64,000 bases of DNA from Lepidodermella squamata (taxonomy: Eukaryota; Animalia; Gastrotricha): positions 1 through 64,000 of the forward strand of contig JBLDXI010000057.1 of NCBI GenBank assembly GCA_047495785.1, in the 5' to 3' direction. Every line of letters begins with the position of its first letter. Within the stretch, counting starts at the first letter, position 1. Made by a program: the position numbers and the translations under genes. This document shows positions 20,607-31,901 of the stretch, one piece after another. The notes below the pieces were generated by a model that did not search any database, was not told the origin of the DNA, and worked only from the letters and a program-made list of their open reading frames with translations.

Positions 20607-21303
20607 AGCAATGTTTAATGAGAGCCATAGAGATCAGGTTAATCTGATCTCTATGATGAAAGCCTTCGATTGACCTCTATGCATTACCCCCGAATTCATC
20701 TTTATTATTTTGACTTTGAATAAAACATCATGGCAATCCCTTATCGTCGATATTTCTTGAATTTTCTGAAACAATCAACATTGAAAGATGATAAGCATAA
20801 TAATAAATAATCGAATGATCAAAAGATACGGACAACGGACACTATCGAAGGCCGTACATTGAAAAACGCAACGGTAAACGGTAAATCAAAGGGTCAGCTC
20901 CGAAATTTGCAAATGCTCAATGGTCTGCTTAAATTTTCCGAAAAATTATGTGGGTGAATTTCGGATCAGTTTCATACATTTCTTGCGATTTGTAAAGGTC
21001 TCTAAAGGCTTTGCTCCGACAAATGAATACGAAAATGATAATACGTCTCATAAAGTTTCGCACTATTTTTTCGCTCCTCAATAAGAGAGTTCGCCTAATA
21101 GCAGTTGAAATGATCAATTTAATGTGGATAAAGGATTAAGCCGCTGATTTTCTTTGGGGTTCTGTTTGTCTCATTCGATGAATCGAGTTTGCTTGCTTTT
21201 TTCAAATAGCCAGACGTATGATAACTGGGCACGTGCTCTAAATACGGCGTGTTAATTTTTTTTCATTTTAAAACTCGCATTTACTTATTTTACATTACTA
21301 GGC

Positions 21304-24300
21304 ATGAATTATTTCACGTATCGTGGAATTGCGACAGCGTTCTGCTCCTTCACACTGCTTCTACTGCCTGTTGCTTCCACCTACGAATGGATTCGATGTT
21401 TCTCGCAACTCGATGACAGCTTCGTCACGTGCCGCTCAACCAAAAATGGCTGTCATCCATTGAAAGAATACCAGGTTCACCATTGTTTATTAAATGATGA
21501 ACACGTGATACAAATTTTCTATTGTCAGATGGAGTCGACATACAGCAAAAAATCAGCATGCTCTCTTGGGGTATCCACGTTCAAAAGTCAAAACTTTCTC
21601 CTATCGTCATATTTTCGAATTAGAACGTGGCGCTTTGCTACGACTACTCAACTGTCACCCTTGCTTGTCGCTCGGCCGAAACACCGTGTCTAAATAACGA
21701 ATTGCTGGTAAAACTCAACAACTTCAAAATATTTTTTGGTTTTATCAAATATTCTCCAGCTCACTTGGTTTAAAGATTTCTCGCTAAAAGATAACTTCGA
21801 AGAGTGTGACGAATATGTACGAGAATTTTCGGTATGCATCGCATTTTTAGAAAAGTTGTCTCATGAATATTTTGAAGTAGGGTGAAACCTTTAAAGAATG
21901 CAGATCGAAATCGACGAACCAACTCGTAGCTTGTATGCCGGTCGAATACAATTGCCCGATCGACACAGTAGAAAAAGCATTCCAATAATTATTAATTTTT
22001 TAAACTTTTCTTTATAGAAAGCGCACAAAAGGACTTCATTGAAAAAGTGCATCAGCGGTCAACGTATGTTAAATCATTTAGAAAAATATAGGGTTTGCTC
22101 GACTTTCTTGGTTCTGTTTAGTCAACTACAACCGACCTGTTTCGTACATTCGCTGCTTTTCAAAGAGCACTGGTCAATTTGTTGATTGCCGCCCTGCCAA
22201 AACTGGCTGTCTTTCTGACACCGAGACAGCTAAATTCTCGCTTGGAGTCTACAAAAATAAGGAGAACTGCTTGAAATGGGTGAGATTAACCTCCAAATAC
22301 CCAGCTCAAGTCTTGCAGTTGATACATTTTGTAGAACGCAGCTCTTTGCTCTTCTCCAAAGGGCAAAATAGCGTGTTACAGCGCTTGCCCGAAGAAACAT
22401 ACCTTGGTTAGTTATTGACTCTGCGAATATTCGGTCTATTTGAAGCCGATTTCCTTAGCTGAACATCTACACGAATGAACCGTCGTTCTCATCGAATTAC
22501 GCCACCTGCCTGGCCGATCTGACAAAAGTAGGAATTTTCGACTAAGAACATTCATTTTGGTTCATTTTTATGTTTAGAGTAAAATCTGTTCGCCGGAGGA
22601 TGGCCCATTGGTTTGCGTAAATTTCTATCAAAAATGCGGTCTTGGAGAGGTATTTTGCCTTGCATATCCCAAGCTGAATTGAATTCAATTTCTTACAGGT
22701 CGATTGTTCGTCGATTGCAGCCTTCGAAACCGAAGCCATCTGTCTCTCATGTAAAATTCGTGAAACAATAGCTATTCATTCTCATTTGCCTTCTAACAGT
22801 TCTGAACGATTTGCACAACCTGGACTGTTCTGCAGAGAATAGATTTCTAAGAATTTTTGGCGCTTTGACTTGGAAACAAGCAGCCCACTACTGCTCGGCG
22901 CTGAATTTACGCCTTGCCATCGTCGACACTCCGAGGGACCAAGCAAACATCAATCCTCTTGCCAGTAAGGAAGACTTGATGAAATATTCTGTATTTGCGC
23001 TTTATTTTTAGATCTCAACAAGCCTTATGGCTGCAACGGATTATGGATCGGAGCTAGACAGGGTGTAAACACAACCACAGCGTTTTTCTGGGACAAAAAG
23101 GAAACTCAACCTACCCTATTTTCTAACTGGTACTTCGGCGGTGGCTACTACGATGTTCCCGAGCCGTCCTTCGCGCCGACTTGTGCTGCCGAGCCCGAAA
23201 ATCGGCTCTGCGTCCGAGTTCATTCCGACGGCCGCTGGGATGATGTGGCGTGTAATGCCGTTCTCGATGGAGCGATTTGCGAGAAGAGGTGCCGAGATGT
23301 TAAGCTGAAACTGTGCTACGGCCGCACCTCAGCAAAGTGCGTCGAAGGGTCCGAATCTTGCTCAGCAAAGCAATATGTTGTACGTTGAATCCTGCTTCAG
23401 CCTTTCAAAATCTTCAACACTTCTCTCGACAGATCGGAAGATATAAATACAGACAAGACTGTGAAGCGGCAATAAATTTCAACGTAAAAGCGTAGCTCAT
23501 CTTCATTTAAGATCTCAGATGTATCATTGTGCCACAGAATCGCCACAAATTATGCATCCGGGTCGACAACTACAAATTTGCGATTTGCGTACCAGAAAAT
23601 GTTGATTGTCCCGAGGGAACGGTGAGTTGGAAAAAGCTCCTGTCCCAATGTTTTGCATGTTTTATGATGTCGTAGTCGTACAGCTTGTCATCTGGTCTCT
23701 TTTTCGACACCCAACCGAGTTGCATTAGCGGTTAGTTTTTTTGCAATTGTTCAGTCTCTTGAAAAATAACTTACAAATTCTGCTCAGCTGCGCCAACAAA
23801 TGGCCCTTACAAACGCTGCTTCGATAAGACAAACGCTTTCCTCGGTTGCTACCCGGCTGCTAATCATTGCCCGAAATCTTCGTCCAGTGTTTGTCCAGAG
23901 TCCTATATCCCGGAATTATTTACCAATGTATTTGTACTCTAGAACCGAAGCCCAAGAATTTACTCGACCAAACAAAGCTGTTTGGAAGGAGTGAGTTTTC
24001 TACAGATTGAAAACTTCATAACGAGAGTTCTGTTGTTTTCCCAGCCTGCTATCTATTGCAAATCAGCCAAATCCACTTCAGAGCTATGCATTGGCGAAGG
24101 GGCGTCTTGTACATCGTTTAAACGGGTCGAGGTTAAATTATTTCAAATTTTAACATTATACTTTGCATTTCCGATATTTTCACCGCAGTATGTGCAGTTT
24201 GTGATATCGACGTTGTTCGCGAACAATTATGCTGCGTGCAATTCTCCGAATTCCTTGCTTTTGGTAGGTTGCCGGTATTGCCTGAGAACTTGTTTTACAA

Positions 24301-25114
24301 ATTGAATTGCTCTTGCCATTATTAAATTTATTAATTAAAACTTTAACTAAATCGATTCTAAAATGGGTGATTGAATGATTACATTTTTTGTTATTTTTTT
24401 ATCGACTCTTCAAGTTACCGCATCAAGAATGCGTTGCGGCTGACGGAAATGTGAACTGTGCCCTGGAGGCATTTCCATGTCCCACTGGATTGGTAAGTTT
24501 TAGAATACTATTTATTTTGTCGTATAATATCTTCCTTCTTTAGGTTCAACGGCGGGTTTTCAGCAGCAAACAACGTTGTGTTTCGCGTACTTTACCATGA
24601 AACAATAACAATTCACTTGAGACTTTCATTTTTCCTTGTTATCTAGCAACGGGATGTGCGTTGGATGGCAAGTATTACAAAATTAACCAGAACGGCATGA
24701 ACTTCACAACGGCCAAGACAGTGTGTAGCACGTACGGAGCTCTAGCTGCAATTAGAAACTCCGACGAACAGGCTGAAGTTTTCAAACTTATTGGTATGAC
24801 ATCAATTACACGCGACTTCTATCGATCGATTTAAATATTTTACTCACCAAGGCACCGCCTCTGCTGTCTTCGGTTGCAACGGCCTGTGGCTTGGCGCCTC
24901 GACGCCTTCGCTTCAAGACCAGCCTTTCAAATGGCTGGACAATAGCGTTTTGACCTACACTGACAAGTTGGTGTCCGATGGCTTGGGCTGTGATGGCAAT
25001 CCATTTGGCCCGCTTGCAATCCGCATTGCGAATAACAATAACGGAATGTGGGACGATGTTAATCCAGATGCTGCGTTAGAGGGCGCTATCTGCCAGTTGC
25101 CATGCAATACTTGA
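21304..25114 (+). CDS. Paralogous secreted Cys-repeat / C-type lectin protein (two CTLDs; exon model approximate)
   Basis: Signal peptide then WIRCFSQLDDSFVTC (paralog of WVRCFSQFDNTFVGC). CTLDs PYGCNGLWIGA...WDDVACNAVLDGAICE and FGCNGLWLGA...WDDV...GAICQLPCNT*. Confidence 0.78.
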
Positions 25115-25345
25115 AAAATCTCCTTTATGTATCGTCACCTCAAATGAACTAAGATTTGCCTTATGGACAGATTTACTATGGAAAATGTATTATTTACAGT
25201 TTAGAAAATAAAGCAAGAAGATAAGAATAAATGAAAATTGGCATTTGATGACTTAGCCAAGGGCACAGGTAATAAAATTAAATTAAACACAGTTACGCAG
25301 TGTCTCACGAGACTACATTATGCTTATAGGTTCATGATAGGACGA

Positions 25346-26994
25346 TCATCCGCGCCTGTCGTAGCTTTCCGGATAAACCACAGAGTTCTCATCCGGCGTA
25401 GTAGTGAACATTAGTTGACGTTGCTGGGTGGCTCTGGGGATAACTGGGGCTTGATATGTTGTTGCTGGGATGACAGGACTACGCTGGGTAACCGTTGCAT
25501 GCGCTGCTGAGCCCATGCTGCGTCGTTCCCCGGCAGCATAGTCCAGCAAAATCAAGTAATAAGTGAAAACAGCGCCAAGAATCTGCGATATAAACAAAGG
25601 ATAGAACAATGGATTTCGGAACAAGATTCACTCACAGCCATGATTGTTTCGTAACGAAGGCTGACCAAGTTGTAGAAGGTTAGGGAGATGCACTGAGATC
25701 CACATTGGCCGACTAGAACCAGGAGCTAAACAAATCAGACAAAAAATTAAAAAATTGTGAAGTTCAGTCAAAACTTACCCTGATTCCAGATGGGTTGTTG
25801 CTTTCCTCGAACAAACTCTGGGTCGGAACTTGGTACAAAACATCTCGGACGCTTCTAGCCTTGCGATTCAGATAAGCCGAGGCGAATGGGAAACTGAGAA
25901 GAAAGGTCGCACAGCCTAGTGACCAAAATGCCAGAGCAATTTGCATCAGCGTATCTTCAACGCCCCAGCCCATTTGATAGACAGTGAAGAGCAGGCCGAA
26001 GAATCCGAACGAAATCGTTGAACCAACGCAGATGCGAGCGACTTGGTCCAGGGCTCGGACGGCATTCGAGAAGAACAGATGAGCCCGGCGGATGCATTCA
26101 ACCTCGAGAACGGGCGGGCGTTTTGCAGCCTTGCTTATGATGGTCTTAGCTGCTTGATCGCCCTCGATATCTTCAACCAACCCGCAAGCAACGCCTGGTT
26201 TGTGGTAGTTCTCAACGACGTAGTTCTTCATACGCCAGAAACGGCTGGCGAATTCGACGGTCAAACAGCAAATGAAGCCAGTGCATAACGCAGCGGCTGA
26301 GTCTGAAGCAAAGCCGAAGATGCAACCGATAGCGACATGGGAGTTGTAGCCATGTTCGTTCTCGTCCTGGGGGAAATGGTCCTGGAACGGCTCAACCAAC
26401 GGGCCGAAGATGTTCTTCCTAGCTACAGCGACAGTAGTCATCAAAATGTTGTTGATAACTACGAAGGACCAGCAAATGATGTGAATACCTGTTCAAGAGT
26501 TGAATTTAATAAAATATTTCGAAATATTTCAGTTAATTCTTACCAAGGTAGAGGCATGAGCGTGTTTTGGTGAAAAGCGCCCTCTCCTCCTGCCAAAAAG
26601 CGTCCCAGGTCTTGTTAGGAGCAGCTGGCTTATTGGCCATAAGGACATGTTCGATGTTAAGCAATTCGAAAATGCCGACCCATCGATCACCCTGCCAGCT
26701 GATGACGATGAACGACGTCCTAACAGTCGCACACATCAGGTAGTAGCTGGCTAACATAGCTGCGTAGCCCGAAATTTGATGCGGAGCGGCGTAGAACATG
26801 ACGAATTGCCGTAAGAAGTTCATCCAGGCGAGGATGCACATAACGACCGGGTAGATGAAGTGGCGAGTGGCCGGGCGGGTTTTCGAGGCGATAACCGGCG
26901 CGTCTCGCACCCATTTGCTCAGCTCAACGGTCGGGTACAGGCCGCAGATTTGCAGCGAGCGGACAAATCTGTTGAAGTCGCGTTTCGAACTCAT
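25346..26994 (-). CDS. Gustatory-receptor-like (GRL, 7TM ion-channel family) protein; 4 exons
   Basis: Multiple hydrophobic helices; N-term LQICGLYP. A 90-nt penultimate exon with phase-0 introns gives LTFYNLVSLRYETIMA/ILGAVFTYYLILLDY, matching the GR TM7 TYhhhhh signature and the family's 3' intron pattern. Introns 26489-26543, 25726-25778, about 25583-25635. Confidence 0.8.
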
Positions 26995-27790
26995 AGCAAG
27001 TGCGATATGTTGCGAGAAAAAACTGGCACAATGATGACCGGGAAATCAATGTCGGACGGGCGGAATTATAAGAACAGCGTGGACTTGAGGGAATTGGCCT
27101 AATGGCGGCGGCTAATAGTTTTTGCACTGCTGCTTGACACCCGCGCGCTTGTCACATTTTTGCTGAGGCTGGTGATAATGCCCATTTTTGGTATAGTGGG
27201 AGTAGTATGTTGTTGTGATGAGTTAGGCAAATTAATTAATCGTCAATAATGCGATGGCGAGAATCGGGCGGCTAATTTTTTTCTTAGCCGAGCCGATTTT
27301 TATTTTATTTATTGTTTTCACGCGCGCAAAATACGAGTGAGTGAGTGTATGCTTGTATTTGCGATCGATGACGACGCGTGAGCTAATGGCGTTAAAATTG
27401 ATGATGAAAGTGCTGGCACGCAGCGGGAAGTTGAACCGGTATATTCGCCTTTATTTTCTAAATGAAAAAAATAATAATTATTTCGGATGTTTACCGGTGC
27501 AAGGCGGCTAATCTTGCGCGTTCATGCAAAATAATCCGGGCCGAGTAGTTGATCGCGAGAAAACAAAAACATGGCTGCTATTCTTTATGTAAAGATCACT
27601 TCACAAATTTCTTCTAATCACGCTAATTGAAGTCAATAAAGTCAAATTTGTTTACTCTTCATCTTGACGTTACCTATAACAACAAATTATTGTGATTGAC
27701 AAAGTTATCATTTTTGTTAGAAACAAAATCGGCCTCGTTTTTTGTCCACGAACCATGAATCATCGAGAATACAGAGGAAATACACATTTG

Positions 27791-30700
27791 CTATAAACTC
27801 AAAGTGGATCTAAGCTGCCTTATTTTCTCAATTAACGTCTTGGCCAGCAATTTAAATAACTCAAGTATGGAGTTCAAAATCATAACTCCATAGAGATTCG
27901 GCAGGAAAATGTAAGAGAAGAAGATAAGAAGAATTGTAGCTTCAGCCGAAACCCGCTCTACATCTTTGATGTAGATGTAGCTCAGAGAAAAGTCTATTGC
28001 ACTAGCGAGGAATCTGAAAGCAATAGCTATTAAAACTAGTTTTATCATAGCGAATGGGACCATTTTTGCGATCGTTAGGATTAGGATAGCCGCCACAAGT
28101 TCTCGTTCGCCTTTTCCAGTCGGGCCAATGGCTAAATATGCTATCGATGACGCAAGCATTAGACTCAAATTGATTAGTCTCATTGAGTTTGATTTTTCTA
28201 ACAAAGATCCGAGCCCGCAACAGGCGAATGTACATGCGTAGAAAAACCGAGTTGGTAATGGCACTGTTCCAGGGGTGACAGCAATTAAGAAGACTATGTA
28301 TGCAGACGGGACGACTTTCAATATTTCCCAAATAACACGAACAAGCAAGGGGAAACGCATGTAATCTCCTCCAAGATACAGCCGTTCGGCAATTTTTTCA
28401 TCAGTAGTCTTGTCCGTGTGTGATGAGCGACTGACTTCCGCCGTCTGAGCGACCCTGCTAGCATCAGCCTGTAAAACAGTCATAATTTGGCAACACAGCG
28501 ACACTGATTAAGAAAATACCTCAAGTCTCTTTTCCAGGATCTGAAAAAGATAAGTTTATTTTACATAGCATTTTTACAGCGCTCATCATCGTGACCAGCT
28601 TTTCGCCAGTCACCGATAAGCTATTTACACGCTATTTACACACACGCGAACACCACTGTTGGCCAATAATGCGAGCGTTGCAATACTAGCACGAATTTCG
28701 CATGGCTAATTCGTAGAGATTTTTTTATTTGAGATTTTTTAATTTCAAAATAGGCAGCCTTTTTCAGTTGATAGCTGCTCACTTTTTTCAGTACACCGAT
28801 TATTACCCTCATCAAGTGATTTCTTCGGGCACGCGACCCAAAAAGCAAAAAATCATGATGAGTCATCTCGGCACACATAAATGTACTAGCGTGTCAGATC
28901 TACTGTATTTCGCTTGCGGGTCGACTCGATTTGCTTCTTAGAGGGACAAGTGGCGTTCCTAGCCACGCGAAATTGAGCAATAACTTTTTATCTATGGGCT
29001 AATTGCAGTGATTTCAATAAATTGGTTTCGCTCTCTAAGGTGGTCATAATTTCGTTGAGCTGGGCGTGTTCGGCGAGCTCACTTACAGCAGAAAACAGAA
29101 AATTTGATTAAAATAACGAGAAAATAGTCGCGCAACTCAGTCCCTGAAAATTAGAAGCCGTGCTCTAATAATGTTAGATCACTCGTTTTGATCCTAATCT
29201 CGAAAGCGCTCCCTCTCGTAAACTTCGACTCGTGTAAAACTCGCGCTCCACTCGGCTGCGCCTCGTTCCGCTTCGCTTGCTCGTTTTTCACTCGTCTTCG
29301 TTTACTCGAGATTATTTCTAATTACGCGTTTTCTCGATTAGAATCAAAACTCGGTGCTCTATCATATAGGTATTACAAACTTATTATAACCGATTGCAAG
29401 ACATTGCTCAGTTAGTCAGTTAACAATCTTATAATCCACCTCATTTTCCAAGCCTTGATTTTTCGCTGCCAGATCGTCCACCTACAATTTTTATGAATTA
29501 GTAGCTAAATTGCATGACATCTGTACATACTTGTTTGACCAGTCTGCCATTATCAGCCTCCAGCGCCTCGATTTGTTTAGTTTTCTTTGAAATATATAAT
29601 GTGCAAGTTATTGATAGCAATTTCTGACCCTATCGAGTTCTAACGTATTCTTTCAGAGAAATGAAATAAAGAAGTCTAAATCCGAGTTATTCAACGACGC
29701 TAACGATATGTAGCATAATGCTCGTTTAATGGGCTAGGAAATAGAATGTCAATAGTCAATATTGAAAAATGTAGGGCTATTCAGCTTTGAAGTCCAACTT
29801 TGCAAGCAGCCCGGGTAAGTAATTTTATGGCATTTTTTCCAGCGCTCATCATCGAGACCGGCTTTTCGCCAGTCACGGATAAGCTATTTACCAGCCCGAG
29901 ATATTATAGGCAAACCTGAGCTTCCATGGCCTGCTTTTCTGCCATCAAAGTGTTTACTGTAAGACTTGTTGACTCGATCTGTAAACATGTTTTCAACTAG
30001 GCATTATAGTAGATTTTAAGCCTGCTGCGATTACTTCACGGGCCAGACTGGCGTTTTCAGCCTTCAGCGCCTCAATTTGCGTAGTTTTTGCTGAAATCTA
30101 CATGAAGTAAATGCATTCGAACACATTCTCAACTAAATAAGCAGCGAAATCATACATTTTCTTTCAGTGCAATAACGTTATTATGGACGCGGCGCTTGTA
30201 GTCGGATGTCGCCAAATACTTCGACGCTTGTTCTTGAAACAGTGGTGTTCGTAGGATTTTCGCCATTGGAAGTCTAGAATCAGGCTTTGGGTGCATAACA
30301 TGGTCGAGCAAAAATGTGCCAAGATTCAGCCACTCGCCAACGAGATTTTCAACTATTCTAAAAGAAGACGTCTAACCTTAGGAGCGAAAATTGTCGTTAT
30401 GATACCTATCTTGGACGTGGTTCGAACCGAAAACATGGTCGAGCTGCTGCAGTTGCACAACATTTTCCCCGATAAGCCTGCTTAACGTTACAAGTTCATA
30501 GGCGATCAAGCCGAATGCCCAAATGTCGGTTGGCGGCTTGCTCCTTTGATTGTCATCTTTGTATTCCGGCGGCATGTAACAGTATGTTCCAACTGCGCAC
30601 GCGGTATTTGGAGTGCCGAGAAGCTTAGCTATTCCCAAATCCGCAATCTTAATCGTCTTGCCGTCAGTTGTCAACAGGATATTCTCCGGTTTCAAATCCC

Positions 30701-31118
30701 GATGCACAACATCCATATCGTGCAGGTAGGCTATTCCGAGGCCTAACTGCGTCAGCCAATCAAACACTTCATCACGCGAGAAACGTTGATTCGAAAGATT
30801 AATCCTCGTGATAACCTGCCTAAGACTACCCGATCCGCAGTATTCCAACTCGAGAAACAAACGATCTTTCTTGTCGATCCAATGGCTGAAAATGCGAATT
30901 ACATTAGGGTGGCTCAAGGTAGCCAAAATCTGAGCTTCTTGAAGGACCATGCGCTGTAAGTCTGGATTTTCAGAGTTATCGCCTCGGTTTATCTTCAATA
31001 TGACATCTCGGGTGCATTCGTGCCGCTGGACATTTGCGAAACCACCGCGACCAAAATCATGCCCAATCTGCGAAAACTTTGATTTATTTCCGTCAATGGT
31101 TGACTCAAAATGCGACAT
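27791..31118 (-). CDS. Ser/Thr kinase (NEK-like) + coiled coil + C-terminal multi-pass membrane domain, copy A
   Basis: ATG at 31118 (MSHFEST). GRGGFANV, VILK, HRDLKPEN, DLG, PPE, DIWAFG; spliced through short coiled-coil exons to the hydrophobic terminal exon 27791-28468. Confidence 0.78.
29160..29365. repeat. Imperfect ~200 bp palindrome with periodic CTCG/TTC mismatches (probable non-autonomous element) in a kinase A intron
   Basis: TTTTGATCCTAATC pairs with GATTAGAATCAAAA and GTAAAC with GTTTAC, around a central CTCGGCTGCGCCTCG. Confidence 0.5.
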
Positions 31119-31901
31119 TTTAGAGTGTAAAACAAGAGTAACTTTTAGTCGAGCACCAACAAATCCGTATCTCACTTTAAACGAGGAATGAACAAAAGAA
31201 TTTTCCGATACTAACGATTTAATGTGGAAATAAAAATACAAGATTAGATAGCAAGTGTCAAGGCTGGACTCATGCCCGCCACTGTTTCGTAGTGATAACA
31301 TAGAACAGGGCCGTAACCAGCTGGTTTTTTTGGTTGTTCAAACAACTAGCAACATGAAACCTCAAAAACCCTTTTTAGCCATTTTCCCTAGAAGTAGACT
31401 TTAATTGCTGACAACATGGACGATATTTTTTCAAAATGACTGAAAATCGGCACTTGCATTCTCCTGGGAAATTGCAAACTTCACTCTACACAAACTAGCA
31501 ACGAACTATTCAGGAAACGCCGCTGATATAGACAACGTTTATTTATTTTATTCTTCTTCAATTCAGTAGCGTTCTCACCTAGGTTATATGAAGCTTATAT
31601 CCTGCACAAAAAATCGACCATCATCTAGATGCCTAGTAGCTGATCGAGGGAATACAAAAACATGGTTGCAGGCTGCAGTTCGTTATATAAAGATCGCACT
31701 TCGCAAATGTCTTCTAATCCCGCTAATTGAAGTCAATAAAGTCATATTTATTTGTTTACTCGTCATCATCTGGGTATAACAACAAATTATTGTGATTGAC
31801 AACGTTATCCAGCATCAGAAACAAAATTAGCCTCGATCTTCGTCCACAAGCCATGAAGTGTTAAGAATGCAGAGCGAATTCCCGTTTATTATCAAATAAC
31901 A

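Noticed and set aside
20626-20655. Hairpin CATAGAGATCAG-N6-CTGATCTCTATG after the lectin stop codon as a terminator
   Set aside because: Eukaryotic Pol II gene with no U-tract; could be a tiny transposon footprint but is unsupported.
31119-31301. N-terminal extension of kinase A given by the ORF track
   Set aside because: Paralogues start at the equivalent of ATG 31118 with the same AAAATGTC context; the extension is not conserved.
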